DNA of 32,000 nucleotides, from positions 480,001 to 512,000 of the forward strand of contig NZ_LT934425.1 in assembly GCF_900232105.1 (NCBI RefSeq), read 5' to 3'. The notes under the pieces were generated by a model, which saw only the letters and a list, made by a program, of their open reading frames with translations, searched no databases and had not been told where the DNA came from. The DNA is from Candidatus Kuenenia stuttgartensis (GTDB lineage Bacteria > Planctomycetota > Brocadiia > Brocadiales > Brocadiaceae). Positions 1 to 9,514 of this stretch are shown piece after piece; within the stretch, counting starts at the first letter, position 1, and every line of letters starts with the position of its first letter. The translations under genes and the position numbers were made by a program.

Positions 1-425
1 TGCTGATAAACTATATTTTCGATCTGCAGACCGCAGGCATTATGAAAACGCAATCAACCGGAAATGGCAACCGGGGGTTTTCTTCCCAACCGTCTCCTGG
101 ATACTCCAACATCATCGTTGAAACGGGTGATATGCCGTTTGACTCAATGGTGAAAGATATTAAATGTGGCATTCTGGTTGACCAGGTGCTTGGCGGAGGA
201 CAAAGCAATGTGCTGGCAGGTGAATTTTCCGTAAACATAGATCTCGGATACCTTATCGAAAACGGAGAAATTATTGGCAGGGTAAAGGATTGCATGATTG
301 CAGGGAACGTATTTGATTTATTTAACAATATCGTTGCGATTGGTGATAGGGCGGAATGGCATGGGTCTACAAAAGTACCACCATTTTATTTTAAGTCAGT
401 AAATGTGGCGGGAAATGCGGATTAA
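1..425 (+). CDS. TldD/PmbA family protein (metalloprotease-related), C-terminal part, truncated by window start
   Basis: The frame of ORF 42..425 stays open back to the window start (LINYIFDLQTAGIMKTQSTGNG...). TldD/PmbA C-terminal motifs: STGNGNRGFSSQPSPGYSNI, GILVDQVLGGGQSNVLAGEFSVNIDLGYLIENGEIIGRVKDCMIAGNVFD. Confidence 0.85.
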   Translation, partial: LINYIFDLQTAGIMKTQSTGNGNRGFSSQPSPGYSNIIVETGDMPFDSMVKDIKCGILVDQVLGGGQSNVLAGEFSVNIDLGYLIENGEIIGRVKDCMIAGNVFDLFNNIVAIGDRAEWHGSTKVPPFYFKSVNVAGNAD

Positions 426-596
426 ACTCCTGCGACATAATCGATTGGCTCAATAGTACATTATCAGTAATTTTTTGTAACTATTCAGCGTAATTTATTA
501 AACTACCGGAGATCAGAGCGCAACTCGTTCCCAAACGGGTGCATTCCCGATTTTTTGTGACTTCCGCCATGTTTTAATAAAACGTACAGTAGTGTT

Positions 597-629
597 AACC
601 CTGACAGGGTTTCAAACCCTGTCAGGGTT
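597..629. repeat. Perfect 16-bp-arm inverted repeat (REP/terminator-like hairpin)
   Basis: AACCCTGACAGGGTTT-C-AAACCCTGTCAGGGTT read directly. Confidence 0.8.
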
Positions 630-801
630 GTTTTGCCCCAACTCCATGAACACTTACAAAAAATTGGGAATGCAATTGCACTGGAAACTTTGTTTCCAGA
701 GAGGATCAGACTTGACAAATTACAAACTGTCTTAACTCTGTGATTTTATTCCCTATCTATCAGCAAACAGGCGAGAAACCGGAGTTTCTCGAACAAATGC
801 A

Positions 802-823
802 TTCCCAAACTGGAGTTTGGGAA
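802..823. repeat. Short perfect inverted repeat
   Basis: TTCCCAAACT-GG-AGTTTGGGAA; related text (ACTCGTTCCCAAAC) also near 515-530. Confidence 0.6.
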
Positions 824-1270
824 CGAGCCGTGTATCGTTTACGCTGAATAGTTACAATTTTTTTGCATTTTTTGGCAAAATAATTAATGGTAAAATCCGA
901 AGCACGAAATCCGAAATCCGAAACAAATTCTAATGACAAAATGATTTGAAATTCTAAACAAGTGCATCTTTCGTATCTCGCGTTTCATGTTTCATATTTC
1001 ATGTTTCATATTGTTGCCTGCCTGTGCGTGATCGCACGCAGAGGGATGTTTTGGATTTGTTTTGGATTTTATGCTTTGTTATTCGAATTTGTTTCGTATT
1101 TCGTATTTTTTATTTCCTGCTTGTTTGGTTCCGGCTATGCCAGCTTATGCTTAACTTGTTAGCGTCTTTTGCGGCAATGCCTCTTTCCGGAAAACACCGT
1201 AGTTCTCCCCTTTAAAAATTTATTGCTTAATCTGAATTTCTATTGTATGTTAACCTGTTTCTACTTTTGA

Positions 1271-4162
1271 TTGAATAGTAAATTAAGTAATTATCATTCT
1301 TCACTACACGACCTTATGATACTTGCCGTTATCTTTATAATTGTCTCCGTCATAACGGGTTTTCTGGTTACCTACTTTCTGGCAGCAAAATATTCCCTTT
1401 TTGAAAGGGGCGCATATGGAATTGCCATAGGGTTAGGTTTGCAAACATGGCTCGTCTATCTATTCTCTTTAATCTGGAAGCTGCAATTTATATGTATCTA
1501 TTTTTCCATAGCACTATCATTGTTATTTTGCATCTTATTTTTCATAATAAACCGTAGCGATATAAAACTAAAAATACTCTATGAAGCAACGGACATTAAA
1601 AAAGATTTTCTACTGAATAAAACGTCATATTTTGCACATATTGCCGTTTTTGCCTTTTTTACCGTGATCTTCTGCCGTCTGTTTTACCGCACCATTATAT
1701 GGAAAGAAACCGGCATATATGTAGGTTTATCTAATAATTACGGCGACCTGCCTTTACACCTTGCGTACATTACCTCCTTTGCGTGGGGGGATAACGTTCC
1801 GCCTCTCGATCCGGTTTTTGCAGGCAAAAAACTAACCTACCCCATTTTGTCTGATTTCTTATCGGCTATTTTCCTAAAATCAGGCCTAAATTTCAGAAAT
1901 ATACTATTCATACCAGGTTTTCTATTAACCGTTTCCTTTTACGGCATTCTTTACTATTTTACATATCGCATAACGAAAAAAAGACTCGCCGCAACCCTTT
2001 CCACTTTTATTTTCTTTTTATCCGGCGGATTTGGTTTCTACTATTTCTTTCAGGACCTTGCGAACACCTCTGGTAGCCTATGGGAATTTCTCTCTAATTT
2101 GCCGCAAAATTATACAAAAATCCCCCCATTAAATTATCACTGGATTACCCCGTTGACCTGTCTCAATGTGCCGCAGCGGTCTTTCCTTTTCGGATTTCCA
2201 TTTACTATGCTCATTTTTTTATTCCTCTACACCGGCATACAAAAGAAGCACTGGAAGGAGTTCTTATTTGCAGGTGTCGTTGCCGGGGCATTGCCGTTTT
2301 TCCACACCCATAGTTTTCTTGCCATGTTGATGGTAACAATACCATTAGGAATAATTTACTGGGACTGGCGAAAATGGTTTTTATTCTTTTTTCCGGCTTT
2401 TATACTCTCACTTCCGCAGGTATGGTATTTTTCCAGTCATGTCGACAGTGAACGTTTCTTTAAATTTCAATTCGGATGGATGGCGGGGGATGAAAATTTC
2501 CTGTGGTTCTGGATCAAAAACACGAGCCTATTCTGGTTTTTTGTAATCGGCGGGGGCGTCCTCTTCTTTTTAAAACAAAACACTACTGCTTTAAGCCGTT
2601 TAAAATATTTTCCGCTCACATTTCTGATACTTTTTTTAATACCAAACATCCTCCTATTTGCCCCGTGGGCATGGGACAATATAAAAATGTTTATTTACTG
2701 GTACCTTGGCGTTACCCCTTTGGCGGCGCTCGCATTGACGTATCTCTATGAAAACAAACGTTTGAAGATCCTTTCAAGAACCGTTTTTTTCCTTTCCGCG
2801 TTTTCCCTCATCGCCGCCGGTTTTATCGATGTTTTTAAATTTGCCATAGCCCCTATAAATGGCTGGAAGGAATTCAGCACGGAAGAGATAGAACTTGCCA
2901 AACAGATTGTCAATGAAACTCCTGCCGACGCAATTTTTCTCAACGCAACGGTGCATAACCACCCGGTATTTTTAACTGGACGAAAGTCCCTTATGGGGTT
3001 TCCGGGCCATGTTTGGAGTCATGGACACAGCGGTGGCAGGGAACGGGAAGTCGATATTAATGCAATGTTGAGGGGAAAACCCAATGCCATTTCACTTATT
3101 AACAAATACAAAACCGATTATGCGATTATTGGTCATCATGAAAAAAGAAAATATGCAAACAAGGATTTTTTCAAAAAGAATTATACCTGTATTATCAGTA
3201 CACGAAGCTATCAGGTGTTTGATCTTAACAAGAAAATCACCCCTGATCTTACTTCTGATATAGCAGCCAAAAAAAACGGTTTGTCGGTGCGATATTATGA
3301 CAACGAAGATTGGAGAGGCGCCCCTGTTTTTGAAGAAATTACTGCTGATATCAATTTCAACTGGGCAAATGATGATGATAAATTTGTGCCAAGCCCCTTT
3401 AGCATTGTATACGAAGGATACATTATCATTAAAAATACCGGTCAATATACCTTTACATTGGCATCGGACGACGGTTCATGGCTTTATATAAATGAAAATC
3501 TCCTTATTGACAATGGTGGCGTCCATAGGGTGCAATCAAAATCCGAAACTATTACACTGAAAAAAGGCGTCCACAAAATGGTCATAAAATATTTTGATAA
3601 AGGAGGCGGGGCGGTTTTAAAACTTACATGGAAACCTCTCTCCAGGGGGAGGGAATCCGTTATCCCCGCACGGGCTTTACTTCCCCAAAAGCCTTTGAAC
3701 ACCCTAAAAAACCGGCAAAATGGGCTGTCAGTTAAATACTATGATACTATAGAGTGGCACGGCGAACCCATTTACGAAGATATTGACACTGAAATTGAAT
3801 TTGATTGGCCGAATAATAGTGTAAAGGTTTTTAACAGCCCATTTGGTATTATCTGGGAAGGGTTTATTGATATCGATACTGCTGATACTTATACATTCGT
3901 GTTATTGTCAGATGACGGCTCATGGCTTTACATTAACGATGCATTGATAATTGACAACGGCGGTTCCCATATGGTACGGGAAAAATCCGGCTCTGTTTTT
4001 CTCGAAAAAGGCAAACACAAAATTAAGATTAAGTATTTCGATGAAAAAGGCGGAGCGGTGTTCAGACTGTTGTGGAAGAATTCTGACGGCAGTGTGGTAA
4101 AAATACCTGTAGAAAGATTTTCAGTTCATGAAAATGAATCATCCGAAGCGAACGAAATGTAA
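1271..4162 (+). CDS. Large polytopic membrane protein, probable glycosyltransferase-like, with two C-terminal PA14 domains
   Basis: Long hydrophobic N-terminal two-thirds, then two tandem PA14-like units (GLSVRYYDNEDWRGAPVFEE...FTLASDDGSWLYINENLLIDNGG..., GLSVKYYDTIEWHGEPIYED...FVLLSDDGSWLYINDALIIDNGG...). The TTG start is uncertain. Confidence 0.75.
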   Translation: MNSKLSNYHSSLHDLMILAVIFIIVSVITGFLVTYFLAAKYSLFERGAYGIAIGLGLQTWLVYLFSLIWKLQFICIYFSIALSLLFCILFFIINRSDIKLKILYEATDIKKDFLLNKTSYFAHIAVFAFFTVIFCRLFYRTIIWKETGIYVGLSNNYGDLPLHLAYITSFAWGDNVPPLDPVFAGKKLTYPILSDFLSAIFLKSGLNFRNILFIPGFLLTVSFYGILYYFTYRITKKRLAATLSTFIFFLSGGFGFYYFFQDLANTSGSLWEFLSNLPQNYTKIPPLNYHWITPLTCLNVPQRSFLFGFPFTMLIFLFLYTGIQKKHWKEFLFAGVVAGALPFFHTHSFLAMLMVTIPLGIIYWDWRKWFLFFFPAFILSLPQVWYFSSHVDSERFFKFQFGWMAGDENFLWFWIKNTSLFWFFVIGGGVLFFLKQNTTALSRLKYFPLTFLILFLIPNILLFAPWAWDNIKMFIYWYLGVTPLAALALTYLYENKRLKILSRTVFFLSAFSLIAAGFIDVFKFAIAPINGWKEFSTEEIELAKQIVNETPADAIFLNATVHNHPVFLTGRKSLMGFPGHVWSHGHSGGREREVDINAMLRGKPNAISLINKYKTDYAIIGHHEKRKYANKDFFKKNYTCIISTRSYQVFDLNKKITPDLTSDIAAKKNGLSVRYYDNEDWRGAPVFEEITADINFNWANDDDKFVPSPFSIVYEGYIIIKNTGQYTFTLASDDGSWLYINENLLIDNGGVHRVQSKSETITLKKGVHKMVIKYFDKGGGAVLKLTWKPLSRGRESVIPARALLPQKPLNTLKNRQNGLSVKYYDTIEWHGEPIYEDIDTEIEFDWPNNSVKVFNSPFGIIWEGFIDIDTADTYTFVLLSDDGSWLYINDALIIDNGGSHMVREKSGSVFLEKGKHKIKIKYFDEKGGAVFRLLWKNSDGSVVKIPVERFSVHENESSEANEM

Positions 4163-4180
4163 CAATTGTTTATAAATTAG

Positions 4181-4376
4181 CTAATGGCTCATGGCTCATG
4201 GCTCATGGCTTATGGCTCATGGTTCATGGCTCATGGTTCATGGCTCATGGCTCATGGCTTATGGCTCATGGCTTATGGCTCATGGTTCATGGCTCATGGT
4301 TCATGGCTCATGGCTCATGGCTTATGGCTCATGGTTCATGGCTCATGGCTCATGGCTCATGGCTCATAGCTCATGG
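4181..4376. repeat. Heptanucleotide tandem repeat, 28 copies of CTCATGG-like units
   Basis: 196 nt divides exactly into 28 seven-mers (CTCATGG, TTCATGG, CTTATGG variants). Confidence 0.95.
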
Positions 4377-4439
4377 CAGCAATCAGCTATCAGCAATCAG
4401 CTATCAGCTATCAGCTATCAGCAATCAGCTATCAGCTAT
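4377..4439. repeat. Second heptanucleotide tandem repeat, 9 copies of CAGCTAT/CAGCAAT
   Basis: 63 nt divides exactly into nine seven-mers, directly abutting the first heptamer block. Confidence 0.93.
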
Positions 4440-4479
4440 AATTTGGTAGATCGTTTCTTTAAATTACTATAAAACATCC

Positions 4480-6474
4480 ATGAAAAAACAAACCATACCA
4501 TTACTCATTGCTTTTTTTGTGCCTGTCGTTATCGCATCGCTCTTCCGTTTTTGGGATTTGGATATTCGTCCGCTACATTCCGACGAAGGAGTGAATAGTT
4601 TTTTCCTGCGGAATCTGTTTGAGAGGAATCAATATCGTTACGACCCCGCAAACTATCATGGCCCTTTCCTCTACTATATTGGGCTGATCCCTTTTTATGT
4701 ATTAGGCCAAACAGATTTCTCGTTCCGGCTTATGCCGGTTTTATTTGGGATTATGGTTGTGGCCTCACTTTATCCTTTACGAAAAAGAATGGGGAACATT
4801 GGCCTGCTCACTGCCGGGTTACTCATTGCCATCTCTCCCTCTAATTCTTTTTTCTCGAGAGATACTATCCACGAAACATATTTTATATTTTTTACACTGA
4901 CAACTGTCGTCTCATTCTTTCTCTATTCGGAAACAAGAAAATCCAGATATATCTATTTCGCCGCATCAAGCATCGCTTTTATCATTACCATAAAAGAAAC
5001 CTACATAATCACATTTACCGTATTTATCATATCATTAGTCTGCGCATATGGTTATGAAGTATTGCTTTTTCACCGAGGTACGAGAATCAAATGTATAAAA
5101 CATATTTTTAGTGTTTTTGCGAATACCTGCAGACAAAAATGGCGCGTAATCTGTATCTGCATCGGCCTGTTTCTGTTCATTAATTTTTTATTTTATTCAT
5201 CGTTTTTCACTTACTACGACGGCGTAAAAGGCATTTTGACTACGTTAAAGATATGGACAAAAACCGGCACTCATTCGGCAGGCGGCCATGCAAAACCCTT
5301 CTTTTATTATTTTAAATTACTCTATAAATTTGAGCTTCCCATGCTGGTTATGGGAATTGCCGGGATGTACTATTCATTCAGATACAGAAACAGATTCGCC
5401 ATTTTTACCTCCGTATGGGCGGTACTTATCTATGTCATTTACTCATGCATACCATACAAAACTCCCTGGTTGATCATAAATCTTACCCTTCCGATTGCAA
5501 TCTTATCCGGCATTTTTATAAATGGATTATTTAAAATTATCACACGCAAATGGCATTACGCAATTTTCTTCGCGCTATACACCGGTGTTTTTTGTTTCTT
5601 CTGCTATCAATCTATCATGCTAAACTTTGTAAATTATGATGATGAGCGATACGAGCTTGTGTATGTTCAGACAAAAAGAGATGTTTATAATTTAATAGAC
5701 CGGTTAGAAACGCTTTCAGGCATATGCGGGAAGGACATGGAGATAAACATCGTTTCAAAGGATTACTGGCCGCTACCCTGGTATCTCAGGGAGTACAAAC
5801 ACGCAAATTTCTGGGGAAAAGTGATAGATAATCCCAACGCACCCGTTATTTTAGCGGATAAAAAGGGAGAGAGTGATTTAAAGGGAAAACTAAAGGGAAA
5901 TTACAAAAACGAACGGTTTGTTTTACGTCCGGGCGTATGGATCACCGCCTACATACAACAAGGATTGTATGATAGTGCCTTTGCTCATGAAACCGGGAGA
6001 GAAACATCTACGCGATTGCCTTTGAACGTCTCCGCAGAGGAGCTTGATCCGGGATTAAAGGCTCTGTACTACTATAACATTGAATGCATTGGAAAACCTT
6101 TTTCCTCGTCCATTGAAAAAGACTCTATTTCTTTCACGTATAATGATGAGACCAAAAAACCCTACCGGTCTCCTTTTGGAATAGCATGGGAAGGCTATCT
6201 GCATATTCAAAAAAGCGGGGTTTATCAATTTGCCACAAGGTCAGACGACGGGTCTTTTGTCTACCTTGATGAAAACCTTGTGGTAGATAATGGAGAGCCG
6301 CATGCAGTGCGGTATATTTCGGGAACGACGTTCCTCGAAGAAGGGTATCATGCTATCAGGATTCAATATTTTGATATTGGAGGCGGGGCCATTATGGCGT
6401 TATTATGGAAACCGCCTGGCGGGCAAGAAACGTTGATTCCAGGCGATATATTCTTTCACAAAAAACCGGATTAG
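4480..6474 (+). CDS. Membrane glycosyltransferase-like protein (TIGR03663/Agl23-like) with C-terminal PA14 domain
   Basis: N-terminus LLIAFFVPVVIASLFRFWDLDIRPLHSDEGVNSFFLRNLF resembles ArnT/PMT-like proteins; multiple TM segments; C-terminal PA14 (GIAWEGYLHIQKSGVYQFATRSDDGSFVYLDENLVVDNG). Confidence 0.75.
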   Translation: MKKQTIPLLIAFFVPVVIASLFRFWDLDIRPLHSDEGVNSFFLRNLFERNQYRYDPANYHGPFLYYIGLIPFYVLGQTDFSFRLMPVLFGIMVVASLYPLRKRMGNIGLLTAGLLIAISPSNSFFSRDTIHETYFIFFTLTTVVSFFLYSETRKSRYIYFAASSIAFIITIKETYIITFTVFIISLVCAYGYEVLLFHRGTRIKCIKHIFSVFANTCRQKWRVICICIGLFLFINFLFYSSFFTYYDGVKGILTTLKIWTKTGTHSAGGHAKPFFYYFKLLYKFELPMLVMGIAGMYYSFRYRNRFAIFTSVWAVLIYVIYSCIPYKTPWLIINLTLPIAILSGIFINGLFKIITRKWHYAIFFALYTGVFCFFCYQSIMLNFVNYDDERYELVYVQTKRDVYNLIDRLETLSGICGKDMEINIVSKDYWPLPWYLREYKHANFWGKVIDNPNAPVILADKKGESDLKGKLKGNYKNERFVLRPGVWITAYIQQGLYDSAFAHETGRETSTRLPLNVSAEELDPGLKALYYYNIECIGKPFSSSIEKDSISFTYNDETKKPYRSPFGIAWEGYLHIQKSGVYQFATRSDDGSFVYLDENLVVDNGEPHAVRYISGTTFLEEGYHAIRIQYFDIGGGAIMALLWKPPGGQETLIPGDIFFHKKPD

Positions 6475-6477
6475 CGT

Positions 6478-6610
6478 AACACTTTGTATTTTTAAAAAAT
6501 TTCAATAATCGCAAGGTAGGGACGAAGCATTTGCCGTAAATTGTCATAAAGGCGTTCACGCCCAAACGGGCAAATGCTTCGCCTCTACCTTTTCAAAAAT
6601 ACAAAGTGTT
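6478..6610. repeat. Palindromic MITE/REP-like element copy A (73-bp core 6516..6588) inside an outer 16-bp inverted repeat
   Basis: Core GTAGGGACGAAGCATTTGCC...GGCAAATGCTTCGCCTCTAC; outer arms AACACTTTGTATTTTT / AAAAATACAAAGTGTT are perfect. Confidence 0.85.
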
Positions 6611-6615
6611 GCAGA

Positions 6616-7359
6616 CTAGCCGTAATAGCCTTTCAAATCATTTATTTTTATCACTATAATATCCTTAAGCATTTGCAATGAATGCCTTACAGGACTTACC
6701 TTGCTTAGCGTGGAATTCCGCCATTTGATCGGTATTTCTTTCATCTTAAAATGAAATTTGTTGGAAAGATAGAGCGCCTCAACATCAAATGCAAACCCGG
6801 TTATTCTGCACTTTTCAAAGACCTTTCTCACTGCGTCTCTTTTAAACCCCTTAAATCCGCATTGCGTATCTACCACCCCCCCCATTAATAGCCACCGGAT
6901 AATACAATTAAAGATTTTGCCCATCTTTTCCCTGTACCATGGCTGATGTATTATTATATCCGCTCCAAAAATGCTTCTCGACCCGATAATCACATCATAG
7001 CCTTCTGTTTTAAGATAGGGCAAACATTTATCAATCTCTTCTATTGGCGTAGAGAGATCGGCATCGGTAAAAAAAACATACTCGCCATTTGCCGCCAGCA
7101 TACCCCTTTTTACAGAATAACCTTTACCCTTGTTTTTCTTATTTTTCAAAAGGATTATGCCACTCTTGTTTGCATGTGAAAATTCGTTTATCTTTTTTAT
7201 GGTATTATCAACAGAACCATCATCCACCACAATAAGTTCAGAATGATACTCCTGTTTAGAAAGGAAGGCACAAACACTTTCCAGGGTAGGTAAGATTCTA
7301 TCCTCTTCATTATAAGCGGGGATTATTATCGACAGGAAGCATTCTTTCATTATAACCAT
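6616..7359 (-). CDS. Family 2 glycosyltransferase (dolichyl-phosphate glucosyltransferase/ALG5-like)
   Basis: LSIIIPAYNEEDRILPTLES, ELIVVDDGSVDNT, NKGKGYSVKRGMLAANGEYVFFTDADLSTPIEE, VVDTQCGFKGFKR. Confidence 0.88.
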   Translation of the reverse strand: MVIMKECFLSIIIPAYNEEDRILPTLESVCAFLSKQEYHSELIVVDDGSVDNTIKKINEFSHANKSGIILLKNKKNKGKGYSVKRGMLAANGEYVFFTDADLSTPIEEIDKCLPYLKTEGYDVIIGSRSIFGADIIIHQPWYREKMGKIFNCIIRWLLMGGVVDTQCGFKGFKRDAVRKVFEKCRITGFAFDVEALYLSNKFHFKMKEIPIKWRNSTLSKVSPVRHSLQMLKDIIVIKINDLKGYYG

Positions 7360-7407
7360 TCACAGAGAGGGTTAAGAGACTTGGAATTTTTTATTATACC
7401 GTAGCAC

Positions 7408-7440
7408 TTGGCAGTCGGCAGATTGCAGATTACAGATTGT
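7408..7440. repeat. Short heptamer-period micro-repeat
   Basis: CTTGGCA-GTCGGCA-GATTGCA-GATTACA-GATTGT. Confidence 0.55.
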
Positions 7441-7516
7441 GGACCGGGAAGTACAGTATTCCACATTAATAAAGGGAGCAAGGGAGTTGTTTACCGCAAC
7501 TTATTGAGAAGGTACC

Positions 7517-8722
7517 TTAGAACTTCATATCATTTACACTAAGAATTGCGGTAAGCATAGAGATAACAATAACACCAATGACTGCCCCCATGAGCAATAT
7601 AAGCACAGGCTCCACCATCGTCACGAGACGTTTCATCCGGCCTTCTACATCCGCATCAAAATTGTCCGCAACCTTAAGAAGCATCCGGTCCAGTTTCCCT
7701 GTTTCTTCACCTACCTTGAGCAAATGGATTGCAATTTCCGGCAGAAAACCTCTCTCCGCAAGTGAAACGGTAATACCTGCGCCTTCTTTTACATTTGTCT
7801 TAACACCGACGAGTATCTCAGAAAGATGCTTATTTGACAAAACATCTTTGACAATATCTAAAGACTTCAGCAACGGAACACCGTTTTCTAACAATGTACC
7901 CATCGTTCTCGCGAACCTGGATATCTGCATTTTCCATAACAGATTTCCCATGAGAGGCAATTTCAATTTTTTCTGATCTATTTTGGCAGCAGTAGTATTA
8001 TCCTTCATCGCCCTTTTATATATGAAAAATAACGCCATAATCACCGCAATAAAAATCCAGCCATATTTTATACCATATTGGCTCATTCCCATAAGTACCA
8101 TTGTTGAGAATGGCAGTGAAATGCCCATCCCTTCGAAGATTTGAGAAAATTTAGGGATAACATAAACAATGAGAGCCCCAATCGACAAGAGACCTGTACT
8201 GCTTAACAACAAAGGGTAAATCATTGCCGAGATAATTTCACCTTTTGTTTTCTGCAATTTTTCCTGAAAATCACCCAATCTTTTCAAAACCTGCGGCAAG
8301 ACGCCCCCTTCTTCTCCCGCACGCACCATGCTGATGTAAATACTGGAAAATAATTTTTCATGATTTTTGAGCGCCTCTGTGAATGACTTTCCCGACTTAA
8401 TCCCATTCAACAAATCTTCAATAACACTCTTCATTGCATTTTTTCCCTGTCCCGACAACAAAATAGACAGGCTTTTATCAATTGGAATGCCGCCTTCAAG
8501 CAGCGTTGCCAATTCCTGCGTAAACGGTAAAACAGCCTTTTTACTTACCCGTTTAAAAAATAATTCAAATTTTTTTCCCTTGTTTATCTGATGTATATTT
8601 AAAATAATATGCCCTGACTTACGGAGGTCGCTTATTAAGCTTGTTTTGTTTTCGGCCTCTTTTTCGCCTTCTACTATATTGCTGGAGCTGGTTAATAATT
8701 TATATCTGAATGTACTCATCAC
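7517..8722 (-). CDS. gspF: Type II secretion / type IV pilus inner-membrane protein, GspF/PilC family
   Basis: FTQELATLLEGGIPIDKSLSIL, AMIYPLLLSSTGLLSIGALIVYVIPKF, ARTMGTLLENGVPLLKSLDIV, VTMVEPVLILLMGAVIGVIVISML. Confidence 0.92.
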   Translation of the reverse strand: MMSTFRYKLLTSSSNIVEGEKEAENKTSLISDLRKSGHIILNIHQINKGKKFELFFKRVSKKAVLPFTQELATLLEGGIPIDKSLSILLSGQGKNAMKSVIEDLLNGIKSGKSFTEALKNHEKLFSSIYISMVRAGEEGGVLPQVLKRLGDFQEKLQKTKGEIISAMIYPLLLSSTGLLSIGALIVYVIPKFSQIFEGMGISLPFSTMVLMGMSQYGIKYGWIFIAVIMALFFIYKRAMKDNTTAAKIDQKKLKLPLMGNLLWKMQISRFARTMGTLLENGVPLLKSLDIVKDVLSNKHLSEILVGVKTNVKEGAGITVSLAERGFLPEIAIHLLKVGEETGKLDRMLLKVADNFDADVEGRMKRLVTMVEPVLILLMGAVIGVIVISMLTAILSVNDMKF

Positions 8723-8738
8723 TATTTATTTTCATAAC

Positions 8739-8879
8739 AATTTAGTTTTTTTAAAAAGTAGGGGCGAAACATTTGCCAGTTTAGGTATGAACGCATTTAT
8801 GACAATTTATAACAAATGCTTCGCCCCTACACTATGCAGCAAGCATCTCTATTATTGGAATTTTTCAAAAAACTAAATT
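8739..8879. repeat. Palindromic MITE/REP-like element copy B (73-bp core 8758..8830), inverted relative to copy A, inside an outer 13-bp inverted repeat
   Basis: Reverse complement GTAGGGGCGAAGCATTTGTTATAAATTGTCATAAATGCGTTCATACCTAAACTGGCAAATGTTTCGCCCCTAC aligns without gaps to copy A; outer arms AATTTAGTTTTTT / AAAAAACTAAATT. Confidence 0.85.
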
Positions 8880-8884
8880 TTTAT

Positions 8885-9514
8885 TTATTTTCTAATGTTT
8901 GCCCTCATGACAACAACATGCTCCTGTCCATACCAATCGAGCTTAATCCTGTCTTTCTCAATATTCTTTACCTTGTAGTCAACAATCGACTCCCCTTCTT
9001 CTATAAAAATATAAGCACTTTTATTTTTTTCACGATCAGGATTGAGTATCAGTGCCTTTTTCACATCACCGAGTATTAAAATACCAAACAGCTTAATCGG
9101 TTTTGGGTTGCCTTTTGGTTTTTGTTCTTCAACTTTCGGTATGGGTTCTTCTTTTTTAGGCAAGGGATCTCTCTTTGCGGTTGCGGTTTTGATTTTTTTT
9201 TCTGAGGGCCTCCAATCACTGCGGTCCTGAGAAAATGGATTATTCGACAATAGCGTTTCATAATCATCAATCGTTTTTTTATCCTTGTCGAGAAACGTCA
9301 GTTGTTTTTTATTGTCGGGAGCCTTTTCAATAAAATCACTCCTTTTTATCGTATCCTCAGGAGGTTTATATACCAAAAGCACACTTATGCCAACCATGCC
9401 TAAAAAGCTGACAAGCAATATGAGGTTTATTACCGGTAAATAATTCTTCCAGCGCCTCAGCTTTTCAGTAAGGATTTTGGCAATTATTTGTAAATAGTGC
9501 GTATTTATTTTCAA
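8885..9514 (-). CDS. Type II secretion GspC/PilP-like bitopic membrane protein
   Basis: One N-terminal TM segment, NPF motif, low-complexity Pro/Lys linker, then KLFGILILGDVKKALI...IEEGESIVDYKVKNIEKDRIKLDW, typical of GspC homology regions. Adjacent to gspF. Confidence 0.55.
   Translation of the reverse strand: MKINTHYLQIIAKILTEKLRRWKNYLPVINLILLVSFLGMVGISVLLVYKPPEDTIKRSDFIEKAPDNKKQLTFLDKDKKTIDDYETLLSNNPFSQDRSDWRPSEKKIKTATAKRDPLPKKEEPIPKVEEQKPKGNPKPIKLFGILILGDVKKALILNPDREKNKSAYIFIEEGESIVDYKVKNIEKDRIKLDWYGQEHVVVMRANIRK

Noticed and set aside
503-718. 71-aa minus-strand ORF
   Set aside because: Covers the palindromic repeats at 597-629 and is not supported by any motif.
2467-3702. Several ORFs antisense to the first PA14 membrane protein
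   Set aside because: Shadow ORFs opposite a long, motif-supported CDS.
4184-4472. ORFs MAHGSWLMAHGSW... in several frames
   Set aside because: Heptamer repeats read open in several frames; no independent coding evidence.
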